From Andalucia godoyi And28 (Eukaryota; Protista; Jakobida), in assembly GCA_009859145.1 (NCBI GenBank), contig VRVR01000011.1, forward strand, positions 12,097-76,096: a stretch of 64,000 bases of DNA, written 5' to 3'. This document shows positions 20,580-31,932 of this stretch, in pieces (the first letter of the stretch is position 1; each line of letters starts with the position of its first letter). Below the pieces are notes generated by a model, which had not been told where the DNA came from, made no database searches, and saw nothing but the letters and a program-made list of their open reading frames with translations. A program made the position numbers and the translations under genes.

Positions 20580-20754
20580 TGAAGTGATGACAGAGCAAGG
20601 ACAAAAGCAGCTGGATCAAATGTAACGCGAAAAGAATAGGTTTTTGTTGCATAAGAATCCGAAAGATTGAAAAATAATAATAATAGCACTAAAATAAAAT
20701 AAATATGAATATCTTGGAAACTTCACTTTACAAGAGCCATCGCAAGACAAAACT

Positions 20755-21588
20755 TTATGCACGGCGGCGCTCAGCAGACTTGGCAAGGAAGTCAGAGAAC
20801 TCCGAATAGACAACCTTGTTGTCGGCTCCCTTCTTCCACAGATCCGGGGTAAGGAAGTGGTAGGTGGCCGCGCATGCAAGGAAAGTTGCGTGCACAAAGT
20901 TACCCATGGTCTTGGTATGTCCGGCAGTGGATGAGTACACATCCTCGATTCCGGCAAGCTCAAGAACCTTCTTGGGGGCGGAGGCGGCCACCAGTCCGGT
21001 ACCACGAGGTGCCGGGACAAGGCGCACCATAACGGAACCGCACTTTCCAGTAACCTTGACGGGGACGGTGTGGGCATTTCCGATCTTGTTACCCCAGAAA
21101 CCTCTGCGGACGGGGATAAGAGACAACTTGGCATTGGTCATCGCTCCCTTGATGGCGTTGGCGACTTCGGATGCCGACTTGTAGCCAAGACCGACATGTC
21201 CGTCGCGATCTCCAACAACGACGCATGCCTTGAAGCGAGTACGCTGACCGGCACGGGTTTGCTTCTGAACGGGCATAACCTTCATGACCTCCTCCTTCAG
21301 TTTACCTCCGAGGAAATGGTCGATGATCTGGGCCTCCTTGATGGGGAGGGCGTTGGAGTAGATCTGCTCCAAGGAGGAGATCTTTCCATCACGAACCAGA
21401 CGTCCGAGCTTGGTGAAAGGAACCCATCCCTTCTCCTCTCCCTTTCCGCCATCGCGACGGGGTCCACGACGAGGCGGACGATCCCCAGCGGGACGGGGAC
21501 CACGTTCACCTCCGTTGCGGTCACCTCCACGGCGTCCAAAACCTCCACGAGAAGGTGCGGTCTGATCGGCTGCTGCAGTGTCGGCCAT
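20755..21588 (-). CDS. RPS2: 40S ribosomal protein S2 (uS5)
   Basis: RGG N-terminus; [48 protein letters not shown]. Confidence 0.98.
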   Translation of the reverse strand: MADTAAADQTAPSRGGFGRRGGDRNGGERGPRPAGDRPPRRGPRRDGGKGEEKGWVPFTKLGRLVRDGKISSLEQIYSNALPIKEAQIIDHFLGGKLKEEVMKVMPVQKQTRAGQRTRFKACVVVGDRDGHVGLGYKSASEVANAIKGAMTNAKLSLIPVRRGFWGNKIGNAHTVPVKVTGKCGSVMVRLVPAPRGTGLVAASAPKKVLELAGIEDVYSSTAGHTKTMGNFVHATFLACAATYHFLTPDLWKKGADNKVVYSEFSDFLAKSAERRRA

Positions 21589-21991
21589 GATCTCGAGACA
21601 GAAATAAGTCAACAGAAAAATTGAAAGTCTCTCAAGAAGAGAAGAAGAAGAAAGAAAGAAATAGAAGAAGAAGAAGAAGAAGCAGGCAGCGGAGACAGAG
21701 CGAGGACCAGCTGTGGGGAGAGAGGTGAGGAAAAAACGAAATCGCACTTCGCTAGGGTTGGGGCACCAAAAAACCCTTTCCCGACTTTTTCCACCTCACT
21801 TTATCACAATTCTGTTTTCTGCCCTTTTTTTTTTCCGTTTTCAGGTAACCTGTAGTCGTGTCCGTTTTTTTTTTTTTTGAGTTTTTTTGGATTTTCTTCC
21901 CCCTCACCTTCCCCCCCTCTCCCAAGAAGAGAAGCCACCATCTCTCGCCCCAACAGTCCTCAATGCTGAATCATCGAATGGGTTCTTCTTG

Positions 21992-23728
21992 ATGAATCAA
22001 AGCAGTTCATCAAAACCAGTAGTGTTCAAATCGAGAAGAAAACATGGCACACAGGCAGGCTCTCTGAATGAGAATGTCTCTCGTCCGTCAATTCACGTGG
22101 AACCGGCCGCGGATAGGGCCGGAGAAGAAGAAGGCGACGCTGACGAAGCTGTGTTTTCGAGGTCTGCCAGACATGCCTCTTCTTTTGCAGTTCCTTCTTT
22201 TATTATGCTTCCCTACGCACAACAACGTCAGCCTGGCTCTGAGAACGATGCCCGAGTGCCTGAAACCTACTCGGATGCTCGACTCGAAGAACTGAGAATA
22301 CTGTCGGAAGGGTCTTCCAGCAGCAAGCCTGCCGTGCCGCTTCTTCCAGCTTCGCATTTTCCAGAACTGTCCAATGCGACGCAGTCCTCGGCACTGCGCT
22401 CGGGCGTTGGAGAGAGTATTAGGAGCGGTTTGAGTCGGGAGGTGGTGGAGGTCGAGCCAATGGACGACGAAGACGACGGCGACGTTCCCATGCGTTCCGC
22501 AGATGTTGAGGTTGCTCGCGCGACGTCGAGGAATCCCACTATCCACATCCAATCGCAGATCGCGGAATACATTACAAATTGGGATGCGCATGCGGTCGCG
22601 ATTTCAGCCGCCATCGCTTCCTTCAGCCTTTCTCATGTTGTTGCCGCTGCCCAGCAGAAAATTGACGCGTTGAAAGAGTCGCTGCACTCCGTGGACGTTC
22701 TCGAGCAGGAGTCTATCCGAGGCATAATGAAGGATTCCCAAAGAGCCTCTGGTCGTGAATTGGACTGTGCACTTCTATTTGAAGACTTTCCGTTTTCCGC
22801 CCCCGTATTCTGTTCTCTTTTGACAAACTTGTGGCAGGAGAAACGTCCCGTGATCGATGAGTTATTCGATTCACTCAAAATGAGCTGGAAAAACTTCTAC
22901 GAAAGAAGGGATTTCCTGGAGCTGCAATCTGCCTGTCAGCGTATTTCACACCGCGTACGTGAGCATCTAGAAGACGTGGACGATGATTTCCTGGAGATTT
23001 CGATGGTTAGTATGCGCATTGCAGCGTGGACTGACTCTCGAGACATCCGCCTGACGGAGCACTTGCAATCGTTTGGCGGGCTGGCCGGGATGTATGCTCC
23101 GTACGTCATATTAGATTTGCTGAACTGGAATTTGTATTCTGCCATACCGACTTCCTGTTCAGAGTTCCCGAGTTTGGTTGCCCTTCGAGTCGAATGCATC
23201 AGCGTGATTGGAGATGTGTTTCTTGAAATCCTTCTTCCGTTCTTTTCGTTTTGGGTTTCCTGCTCCTGTATTCTTGATGATGAGGTGTGTGTGCAGCGGC
23301 TATTGAATGTCTTGACACATCTCCGCATTCTGCTGCGCGACGTGTCCACCGGAGCTACTGAATCCCCGATGTTGACCATGTTTGAGAACGGTCTTTCGTC
23401 GGTTGTCACACACTGCATGGATGAAGAGATTCGCCGATGTCTGCTGTCGCATTCCATTGCAGCGGATACGACCGGGGCGATCTCCATTCTTCGGTCGTGC
23501 TTCATGATGAGTTCTTTACCGTTTTGTGACTGCGAAAAGGTCATGGAGACTGTGAAGACGTTTGTGGACACAAAAGTCGTTCCATTTTTCACTTCTCGCA
23601 AGTTCTTTGGCATTGACGATTCAAAGCCTCTTGAGGAGCTGCGTCGGGCGTTTCCCGTTGCGTGGAGAAATCAACGCGTCATAGAAGCGCTCTTTGGCGA
23701 CAAAGGCGACGAGACTAATGCAGATTGA
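21992..23728 (+). CDS. GCFC-domain protein (PAXBP1/GCFC2/NTR2-like)
   Basis: Disordered N-half, coiled coil, then EDVDDDFLEISMVSMRIAAW...YAPYVILDLLNWN, resembling the GCFC domain. Confidence 0.6.
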   Translation: MNQSSSSKPVVFKSRRKHGTQAGSLNENVSRPSIHVEPAADRAGEEEGDADEAVFSRSARHASSFAVPSFIMLPYAQQRQPGSENDARVPETYSDARLEELRILSEGSSSSKPAVPLLPASHFPELSNATQSSALRSGVGESIRSGLSREVVEVEPMDDEDDGDVPMRSADVEVARATSRNPTIHIQSQIAEYITNWDAHAVAISAAIASFSLSHVVAAAQQKIDALKESLHSVDVLEQESIRGIMKDSQRASGRELDCALLFEDFPFSAPVFCSLLTNLWQEKRPVIDELFDSLKMSWKNFYERRDFLELQSACQRISHRVREHLEDVDDDFLEISMVSMRIAAWTDSRDIRLTEHLQSFGGLAGMYAPYVILDLLNWNLYSAIPTSCSEFPSLVALRVECISVIGDVFLEILLPFFSFWVSCSCILDDEVCVQRLLNVLTHLRILLRDVSTGATESPMLTMFENGLSSVVTHCMDEEIRRCLLSHSIAADTTGAISILRSCFMMSSLPFCDCEKVMETVKTFVDTKVVPFFTSRKFFGIDDSKPLEELRRAFPVAWRNQRVIEALFGDKGDETNAD

Positions 23729-25433
23729 TGCAACTTTGCTGTCGACGTCGTAATTCGCGGATTTTCCGTATTTTCTCGGCTTTCAGCTCCATCTTGTAAA
23801 GCAGTGTTTCCAGAATTCGCTTAACGTTCTCAATTGCAGGACCTTGGATCTTTTCGTTTCTCACTTTTTCAAGTGCCTCCCGCACTACGGAAGGACGCAA
23901 CGACACTCGAGAGCACGGCGCTCCGGAAGACGTCAGGCTGGAAGACGGAGACAGCGATTCTGAATTCCGGTAGCTCTCGAGCCACCGGTCCAGCTGCTGA
24001 GCGTAATCAACCACGCGCTCTCGCTCTCTGGGAGCCGCCGCTTGCTGAGAGAGGCTGGCCTGCACAGAGAGACTGTCCCCCGGCGTTGCTGCAGCAGCGG
24101 GCGAAGGTGATTTCAGTGCAGCGTTGATTTGAAGGTACTGTTGTTCCAGCAAATCCAGCCTCTGCGACTGATCAGAAAATCGATGACTGTGAACATCAAT
24201 CGATTCCGACAGTAGTTTCAGGGAATCTTCAAACTTGTCCGCATAGGACACGAAATGCAATAGCTGACGCTCCACAGACGTCAGATCATCCAAAGCAGTC
24301 TCATGAAACAATCTCATAGCGATGGGTTGGTTGATGGAAGAATCTGGATCCGCCAGCCGGCTTTGACAAAAATCAGAAGGTGCCTCCGGACGAAGCTCGA
24401 TGCGCGTTTCGTGCCAGGTTCCGTCTGGACGGATGCCGCTCCGCAGAACCACGACGTCCTCCACTGCAAGTTGCATGTCGTGAATTGCTGTTTCTAGTTG
24501 TGATCTGGAACGTCGATTCATGACGTCATGAAGCGCGTCAGGCGGCACATCTGGAGCAGGACTCACTCCCACTGTGCGATGCCCGTGTCCAAACTCGGGA
24601 GAATTCTGCACTGCAATGCTCCTCATCTCGGGTATGGTGTTGACGGACTGGTTGTGCATTTCGCATGGCACATTGGAAGATCGGTGCCGCAACCCTGGCG
24701 AGCAACTTGACGGTTTCTTCGAGGCAACGATGGATGATACATTCGAGGAGGACGAGGACGTAGAGGAGTCTGCCACGGAGCTATCCATGTGCTCTGGTGG
24801 CGGCGGCACGCGGTCTAATGCTTCTGAAAAGTAGCTTGATTCATTAATGTGCGACATCCGAACGAGCGCCTCGGAAGAACTCTTAGACAGCCCCAGTCTT
24901 CGAGTTCGTGAAGATCGAACCGGCGACGCGGGCGACCACAAGGAGGAGCGAAACAGAGAGCCGCCAAGATTCAGGTCCGCATACAAGAACAGCTGATTGA
25001 CATACACGAATTCTGCACCAAACGTTTCGACAAATACAAATTTGAAAACATCGTATTCTTTGGGGATTGCTGGAACTGGGAAAACTTGCTGTCGCTTCAT
25101 GAGAGCACAGTTGAGCACGCACCATTCCCTGAAAACAGCCTTTGAAAGATCAGAGTACATTGAAGATCTTGCCACTTGGAGCGAAATCGTTCGAGGGTTG
25201 GATTGCGACTCTGTCGAAGTATAAATTCCAACAGAAATTACAGGCACGTCGCGAGGAGCAAGTGTCAGTACAATCGACTGTGGACAAGCTGCTGAAGACG
25301 TCCATGGACACTCGCTGTCCGGAGATATGACGGAGGGCAGCGCATAGCCTGCTTGCATGCTCGATGCAGACACAACACGCGCACCAAGTTCTTGAAGAGA
25401 CAGATTCGTGAGAACCATTTTGGAGTGCATCAT
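23715..25433 (-). CDS. Galactose-binding-like (discoidin/IFT25-type) domain plus coiled-coil protein
   Basis: N-terminal VVSASS...WTSSAACPQSIVL...FKFVFVETFG beta-sandwich pattern; Ser-rich linker; C-terminal coiled coils. Confidence 0.6.
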   Translation of the reverse strand: MMHSKMVLTNLSLQELGARVVSASSMQAGYALPSVISPDSECPWTSSAACPQSIVLTLAPRDVPVISVGIYTSTESQSNPRTISLQVARSSMYSDLSKAVFREWCVLNCALMKRQQVFPVPAIPKEYDVFKFVFVETFGAEFVYVNQLFLYADLNLGGSLFRSSLWSPASPVRSSRTRRLGLSKSSSEALVRMSHINESSYFSEALDRVPPPPEHMDSSVADSSTSSSSSNVSSIVASKKPSSCSPGLRHRSSNVPCEMHNQSVNTIPEMRSIAVQNSPEFGHGHRTVGVSPAPDVPPDALHDVMNRRSRSQLETAIHDMQLAVEDVVVLRSGIRPDGTWHETRIELRPEAPSDFCQSRLADPDSSINQPIAMRLFHETALDDLTSVERQLLHFVSYADKFEDSLKLLSESIDVHSHRFSDQSQRLDLLEQQYLQINAALKSPSPAAAATPGDSLSVQASLSQQAAAPRERERVVDYAQQLDRWLESYRNSESLSPSSSLTSSGAPCSRVSLRPSVVREALEKVRNEKIQGPAIENVKRILETLLYKMELKAEKIRKIRELRRRQQSCINLH

Positions 25434-25976
25434 TGTCTAGAAGAAGAATACATTCATTTACAGGCTCAAGAACGCTGATTGCTTGGGTTTTTTGTTTTTG
25501 TTTTGTTTTTGTGTTCGTTTGTTCGTTTGTTCGTTTGCTTTGAGTATTTAAATATATAAAAAATTAAAATCTAGAATAGCGTTGCTGTTTCACCTGCGGA
25601 ATGCAGAAAGACGCAAAGTATGCATGAAGAGTCTGCGCGGGAAAACTGGCTACAACAGATGCTCTGTGTATATTTTTCTTTTCTGCTCATGCACAATGAC
25701 AGTGCGGCATGTCATTGGGCTTTTTGGGGGAGTGACATTCTCAAACTGATCGCGTTGGGTGCCTTTTTGCCACTCTGGTTCAATTTTCCACAGCAGCAAA
25801 CAAAAAGCGTACTGTGCTCATTTTCATCATTGCTGCTGTTCGTATTTTCCTGTTCCTTTTCAGTCCTTCCTTCCTTCCTGCCTGCCTGTCTGCCTGCCTG
25901 CCTGTCTTCCTCCTTTCGTCATCTTCTTTCCTTTCACGGATTTGTTGGGTTTTAATTCGATCTTCTTTGTTCGTCC

Positions 25977-28919
25977 ATGTTCCGCCTTGCTCGTTCTGCG
26001 CGGACTGCTGTCCAGCGACGGTCTGCGAGCAATCTCATGGACTCTGCAGAGTCGTTTCTGAGCGGCTCGTCCTCCGTTGTGTTGGAAAACATGTATGAGC
26101 AGTGGCAGAAGGATCCTTCGTCGGTGCATCCTTCGTGGAAACGCTACTTTGAATCATTCCATGCTACCCCTCTTGTGCGCCCTGCCCCCAAGGGACACGT
26201 TAGCGGTTCTTCCTCCACTTCGACATCCCAGATCTCGGAAGCAGCTCTGCGCGACTCCATCAAGATGATGCAGCTTATCCGTGCATACCGCATCTGCGGG
26301 CATCTTGCTGCGGACTTGGACCCTCTTGGCCTGACACTGCCGCAGAGACATCCCGAGCTGGATCCGCATTCATATGGGTTCTCGTCGACTGCCGACGACC
26401 ACAAGATTTTCATTGGAACCGAACTCGGAGGCTCGAGTCTGAATGAACAGTATGCCTACCAAAACTTTGGAGACTTGGTTCGCAAGCTGAAGACCACATA
26501 CACAGGACGCATTGGCGTGGAGTATTTTCACATCACTGATGTTCAACAACGAGAGTGGATTTCGCATCAGATGGAGCATGGCAAGCCGCACGACATCTCG
26601 AAAGAGGAGAAGCGTAACATATATTCGTACCTTGCCCAAGCCGAAGGATTTGAGAACTTTTTGGCCCAGAAATTCAACACAGCGAAGCGCTTTGGCCTCG
26701 AGGGTGGTGAGTCCACCATACCTTGCCTGGAAGTCTCGTTGGAGACTGCCGCACAACTTGGCGTAGAGGCAGCGGTCATTGGTATGGCGCATCGTGGTCG
26801 CTTGAATGTGCTTGGCAACGTTATGAAGAAGCCGTTTGCGCAAATTTTCCATGAATTCAAGGGAGAAGGCAACAAGGGAGAAAGCACATTCTTTGGATCC
26901 GGCGATGTGAAGTACCACTTGGGAACGTCTGCGGATCGTCTGATTGGAGGAAACTCCTTCCATGTCTCCATGACTGCAAATCCCTCTCATCTTGAGTTTG
27001 TGAACCCGGTTGTCGAGGGCAAGACGCGCGCGAAGCAACATTTCTCAGGCGACACCAACCGTTCGAGGAACATGTCTATTCTGATTCATGGTGATGCATC
27101 GTTTGCTGGCCAGGGTGTCGTTGTGGAGACATTGTCCATGTCGGACTTGACGCACTACTCGACAGGCGGCACAATCCATGTGATCATCAATAACCAGATT
27201 GGTTTTACGACGGATCCAAAGTCTGCACGTTCTTCCCCTCACCCATCCGACTCGGCAAAAACTGTGGGCGCCCCCATCTTCCATGTCAACGGAGATGACC
27301 CTGAAGCCGTCGCCTTTGTCTCCCGTGTTGCAGTGGCTTGGCGTCAGCGATTCCAAAAGGATGTCGTGATCGACATTGTGTGCTACCGCCGGCATGGCCA
27401 CAACGAAGTGGATCAGCCCATGTTCACACAGCCAGTCATGTATAAGCGCATCAAGGACCTTCCGTCGACGTTAAATCTGTACACACAGAGACTGATTGCA
27501 AGCGGTGTCTTCTCCGAAGCCGAACTGTCGTCCATTCGAAGCGAGTATGCCGCTCGTCTGGAGGCTGACTGGGCTGCCTCAAAGAGCTACAAGCCGAAAG
27601 CAAGCGACTGGCTGGAGAAGAACTGGCAAGGTTTCAAGACAATGGCTCAGCTTGAGGGATCTCGAGCACCTACTGGAGTTCCTTTGGAAGTGCTTCGCGC
27701 AGTCGGAATCAAGGTCTCGACATTGCCAGAAGGGTTCGCCGCGCATGCGGGTGTTGCACGTGTGTACAACAATCGTTTGGCCGCCATGCAATCTGGAAAG
27801 AACATCGACTGGGCACTTGGTGAGACTCTTGCGTATGCGACTCTGGTTCGAGAGGGATATCCCGTTCGCTTGTCCGGTCAGGACTGCGAAAGAGGTACGT
27901 TCTCTCACCGCCACTCTGTGATTCACGACCAAAACAATGGTGCTCAGTACATTCCGCTTCGACATATCTCCTCCGATCAGGCATTTTTCCGTGTCACCAA
28001 TTCCCATCTCTCGGAAGCCGCTGTTCTTGGATTTGAGCTGGGGTACTCACTGGAACATCCGAAGTTGCTTGTTTTGTGGGAAGCGCAGTTTGGTGATTTT
28101 GCCAATGGTGCTCAAGTCATTATCGACCAATTCATCACCTCTGGCGAGGCCAAGTGGTACAGACAATCTGGATTGACGATGCTCCTTCCGCATGGCTACG
28201 ATGGCCAGGGGCCTGAGCATTCATCGGCTCGCTTGGAGCGGTTCCTTCAGATGAGCGATGAAGATCCATATATCTTCCAGAGTGATCCTTGGAAGCAGGA
28301 GCAAGCCATCAACTACTCCGTCGCCAATATTACTACCCCTGCCAACTTTTTCCATCTTCTCCGTCGTCAAGTTGTCCGCGACTTCCGTAAACCGCTTGTC
28401 GTGATGACCCCGAAGAAGCTTTTGCGGCTAAAGGAGTGCGCTTCCAACATCGAAGACTTTGCACCCAATCAAGCCTTCCGCCGTGTGATTCCAAACACCG
28501 TTTCTGATGCAACCAAAGTTCAAGATGATAAGATCCGCCGCGTGATCTTGTGCTCAGGGCAGGTGTACTACGACCTTGCGGAGGCCCGTTCCAAGCGGGA
28601 GCTTGAATCGACCATTGCAATTGTACGTGTTGAGCAGATCGCCCCGTTCCCGTTCCTCGAAGTTCGTGATCATGCTATTGCAAAGTATCCTAATGCAGAG
28701 GTCATGTGGTTGCAGGAGGAGCCAGCGAATATGGGCTCGTGGTCGTTTGTCGAGCCGAGATTGCGCACCATCCTGCGTGAGATGGGAGGTGTTGAACTCA
28801 CTGTTCGCCGAGAGCCGAAGTATGTTGGTCGCAAAGTTGCTGCCTCTCCGGCCACAGGTTTCTCGAAGGTTCATGAAGAAGAGCAAGCCGCGATCATCAA
28901 CGCTGCTTTAACGATCTAA
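25977..28919 (+). CDS. OGDH: 2-oxoglutarate dehydrogenase E1, mitochondrial
   Basis: Arg-rich presequence; AKRFGLEGGES, GMAHRGRLNVL, GDVKYHLG, HGDASFAGQG, RLSGQDCERGTFSHRH, LWEAQFGDFAN. Confidence 0.98.
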   Translation: MFRLARSARTAVQRRSASNLMDSAESFLSGSSSVVLENMYEQWQKDPSSVHPSWKRYFESFHATPLVRPAPKGHVSGSSSTSTSQISEAALRDSIKMMQLIRAYRICGHLAADLDPLGLTLPQRHPELDPHSYGFSSTADDHKIFIGTELGGSSLNEQYAYQNFGDLVRKLKTTYTGRIGVEYFHITDVQQREWISHQMEHGKPHDISKEEKRNIYSYLAQAEGFENFLAQKFNTAKRFGLEGGESTIPCLEVSLETAAQLGVEAAVIGMAHRGRLNVLGNVMKKPFAQIFHEFKGEGNKGESTFFGSGDVKYHLGTSADRLIGGNSFHVSMTANPSHLEFVNPVVEGKTRAKQHFSGDTNRSRNMSILIHGDASFAGQGVVVETLSMSDLTHYSTGGTIHVIINNQIGFTTDPKSARSSPHPSDSAKTVGAPIFHVNGDDPEAVAFVSRVAVAWRQRFQKDVVIDIVCYRRHGHNEVDQPMFTQPVMYKRIKDLPSTLNLYTQRLIASGVFSEAELSSIRSEYAARLEADWAASKSYKPKASDWLEKNWQGFKTMAQLEGSRAPTGVPLEVLRAVGIKVSTLPEGFAAHAGVARVYNNRLAAMQSGKNIDWALGETLAYATLVREGYPVRLSGQDCERGTFSHRHSVIHDQNNGAQYIPLRHISSDQAFFRVTNSHLSEAAVLGFELGYSLEHPKLLVLWEAQFGDFANGAQVIIDQFITSGEAKWYRQSGLTMLLPHGYDGQGPEHSSARLERFLQMSDEDPYIFQSDPWKQEQAINYSVANITTPANFFHLLRRQVVRDFRKPLVVMTPKKLLRLKECASNIEDFAPNQAFRRVIPNTVSDATKVQDDKIRRVILCSGQVYYDLAEARSKRELESTIAIVRVEQIAPFPFLEVRDHAIAKYPNAEVMWLQEEPANMGSWSFVEPRLRTILREMGGVELTVRREPKYVGRKVAASPATGFSKVHEEEQAAIINAALTI

Positions 28920-29116
28920 ACAAAGAGAGAGTTTGTTCTCTTCTTTTTTTGCTTTCTTCTTCATCCTCATCCTCATCCTCATCCTCTTTTTACACTTGTG
29001 ATTTCGAATTCGAATAAAGGAAATTTTTATCTGTAATTTTTTCTGTCAAAAAAGAAGAAGCAAAAACAAAAAGGTGACAGTGTGTGTGCCCCGGTCCTCC
29101 GACTGCAGCACTAGTG

Positions 29117-29509
29117 CTACTCGGTGTCTGAAGACTTGTGCACATCATGCCGAAGAACTATTCGTTCGACCGTTCTTGCAGCATAGATCGCCACCAAAGA
29201 TCCAACGATCGCTCCGCCCGTGATTCCGACCAACCTGCGAAATTTGAATGAGTGACTGCTTCTGTCGCTATCAACAGTGCCACCAATGCACACACGGGGT
29301 GTGGGGGAAGGAAAACGAAAAGAAAAGAAAAAAGAAAGCGGGAAAAAGGCAATATTCTGCAAAAGAACATACAATGGCCGCGCAATGTGATACCGAGCAG
29401 CAGTCTTGTATCCATAATATGCACCTGCTGTCCCACCGCCAAAAATCAGCGTATTGACCAGCGTCCTTCTCAGATCCCGCATCCCGTTCCGTGGCCGATG
29501 ATGCTGCAA
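29117..29509 (-). CDS. Small two-TM hypothetical protein with an intron at 29235-29372; start uncertain
   Basis: GTATGT...pyrimidine tract...TTCGCAG intron (138 nt). Removing it joins HIARPL to LVGITGGAIVGS in frame, between two Gly-rich hydrophobic helices. Confidence 0.5.
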   Translation of the reverse strand: MQHHRPRNGMRDLRRTLVNTLIFGGGTAGAYYGYKTAARYHIARPLYVLLQNIAFFPLSFFFSFRFPSPTPRVCIGGTVDSDRSSHSFKFRRLVGITGGAIVGSLVAIYAARTVERIVLRHDVHKSSDTE

Positions 29510-30114
29510 AAAAATCCCGGAAAAACCTCCACGTCACAGAGTTGCCGTCTCCTATCGATCAACCCAAGTTCTTCCGAGTTTGCGGCTCGCCTCAGGATTC
29601 TTTCGAGATTCCCCTTCGGATGTGTAGACTGTTGTCGATCTTCCGCGACGGTTTGACAAACGTCGAACACCCCCGCAGCGGGGAAGGAAACTCGAAATGC
29701 CCGACGGCTTCGGAGCAAGGAAACCTTGTGGGTCGTGGAACTGCGAGTGAAAGCAGTGCGCTTCAAGGACGTTCCCAGCGGTTTCATTTGCCGTGGGAAA
29801 GGGGAAGAGAAACCCAAAGACGGATTTATTAAAAGACGATTCGAAAAAATATAAATGAACATTAAGCAGGAAGAGAATAAAAGAAGGAAAGAAAAGAAAG
29901 CATTGGGAATTGGGTTTTTCTTTTTTCTTTTTCTTTTTTTTCCCCCCTTTTTGACGCTACTTTCTTTGTTACACGTCTCCTCTTTTTGATCGCCTGTTGT
30001 TTTCCTGTTGACTCTTCATTCTGTCTTCATTTATTCGGTGACCTGCATTTGCCTTTCGTATAATTTTTGGGGGTTTTCCACTCTTGTCTGCCTGGAAAAG
30101 CCCTTCGATTAGAC

Positions 30115-30648
30115 ATGCTGTATAAAGTGCGCTGCATGCTCCGCCCGACCGTGGAGAGCGGTCCTGAATTTTGGTCTGGAAAGGTGTACATTAACTTGTA
30201 CCTTCCAGATGGAAAAAAGATAGGCCGTACAGAAACGATGCTGATGAAGGATGGGAAAACGCCACCCCTTGGATCGGAGCACATTCCGTTTTCATCACGG
30301 CTTGTTTTGAATCAATTCACAGATCGCTTTGAAGACATGATGATACTGTTGAAGGTCAAGTCGGCGTGGATGGGCCGAAAGCGCACGCTTGGCACGTGCT
30401 ATCTGAATCTTGGCGAAGCGCTCAAACCGCACCCAAGTATGCAGTCCACCTCAAAGCTGATTCCATTCGTCTTTGATTCCAGACACCAAGCACTCATGCG
30501 GGTACACATTTCGGAGGCCCACACAGATCAGATCATGGAGAAGACCTCGTCGTTCAACTCGGCCTTGTCTCGAATCCCTGCTTTCAGAAAAACAAACGGA
30601 GGGCTCGCAAGCTCTACTCCGCCACCCCGTGGATACGCACAATTATAG
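30115..30648 (+). CDS. C2-domain-like protein
   Basis: KVYINLYL..KKIGRTE, ILLKVKSAWMGRKRTLGTCYLNL. Confidence 0.6.
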   Translation: MLYKVRCMLRPTVESGPEFWSGKVYINLYLPDGKKIGRTETMLMKDGKTPPLGSEHIPFSSRLVLNQFTDRFEDMMILLKVKSAWMGRKRTLGTCYLNLGEALKPHPSMQSTSKLIPFVFDSRHQALMRVHISEAHTDQIMEKTSSFNSALSRIPAFRKTNGGLASSTPPPRGYAQL

Positions 30649-31932
30649 TCCGATACTGTATCCAAACGCGTCTGATTTGTTTTCGTTTTCATTCGCCCTC
30701 GACACGTCCGAATCCGGCCAGCATTAATTTCATAAATATATATGAATCAACTCCCCCTCAATGGATACATGGATGTTCATATTCCAACCCAAGGCAGCCA
30801 CTGGTGCGTAATGTTCCCATGGAGAGCAGTGTCTGCACCGCGGGGATGAAAAATGAGCAGCGGCGTGCATGATTGTCCACAGAATGGCACCGGGATTACT
30901 TGTATTTTCGGATGGTCGTTTTTTTAATCCCGCTAAGCGAACAAAATAGTACCAGTGTTTATTTTGGATGTGACATATTGTTCCATGTCTTGCCGCATAG
31001 CATCGCGATGTTGGTAACGCCCGGTACGCTATGGAAACACGCACAAGAGATGGAGGAGGATCGTGAGTGGGACGCGGAACTGGGTGTTGAGCCCTAGCCT
31101 CCCCACCCTCTCCCTCCCTCCCCTCCTTTGGAGCACGGCAGCAACACTGATGGTGCATCGTCAGCGATCGCTACGCATGATCATGGCACAATGTTGGCGT
31201 CCTCGCCAGTCCGTTCTTTAAAGATCCTCAAAGAGAAACAAGAAACAGCCCTCTTCTGCATCGTTCGTAGTACCCAGGCTAGGGTTTCGGGCCTAAGCGG
31301 TTTTCGCTCCTCTTTGCCTCTTTCTTCTTCTCAACAGGCCCTGCACCTCTTTTCGTTCTATTCTTTCTCGGTCTGTTTTCCCTGTTTTCCCTGTTTTGTA
31401 TCTTTTGCAAAAAAAAACTTGCAAAATCAAAAAGAAGGATGCTACGCTTGTGAAAATGCAGTGTCCTCGGTACTGCACACTTTTTTGGTATGTGTTCTGA
31501 ACAATGTCACTTGCATCCGTGCAATCGCGACGGGAGGAAGGTATCGATGTTTTTCGGTTGAGCGAGATGAATGATTACAACAATACTCGTCCATATTTTC
31601 CTTGCTGGCTAACGTTAATCACCATCTTTCGAGTCTGACATTTCATCAATCGAGAGCATCTTCATTTTCTCATTCTGCGCGAATCTCGTCGTGTTGGATT
31701 TTCGGATTTACTGATGTTGCTTTGCTTTTCCCCCCCTCCTTCCCCTGAATAATTTACAGAGAATTGGTTGAATTCATGATGAAAAAGATTATGAATAAAC
31801 AGTAAAACGCGAGATAATAATTTTTAGAAACCAAAGAGTCGTCGTAGAAAGACAAAGGAATAGTTGGCTTTTGCTTCTTTCTTTTATCCTTTTTTTGAAC
31901 TTACTTTCGCCACAACAAAAAAAAAAAGGCGT

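Noticed and set aside
30730-31158. ORF with GAILWTIMHAAA, faintly like Erv1/ALR
   Set aside because: The rest of the fold and a properly placed CxxC are absent.
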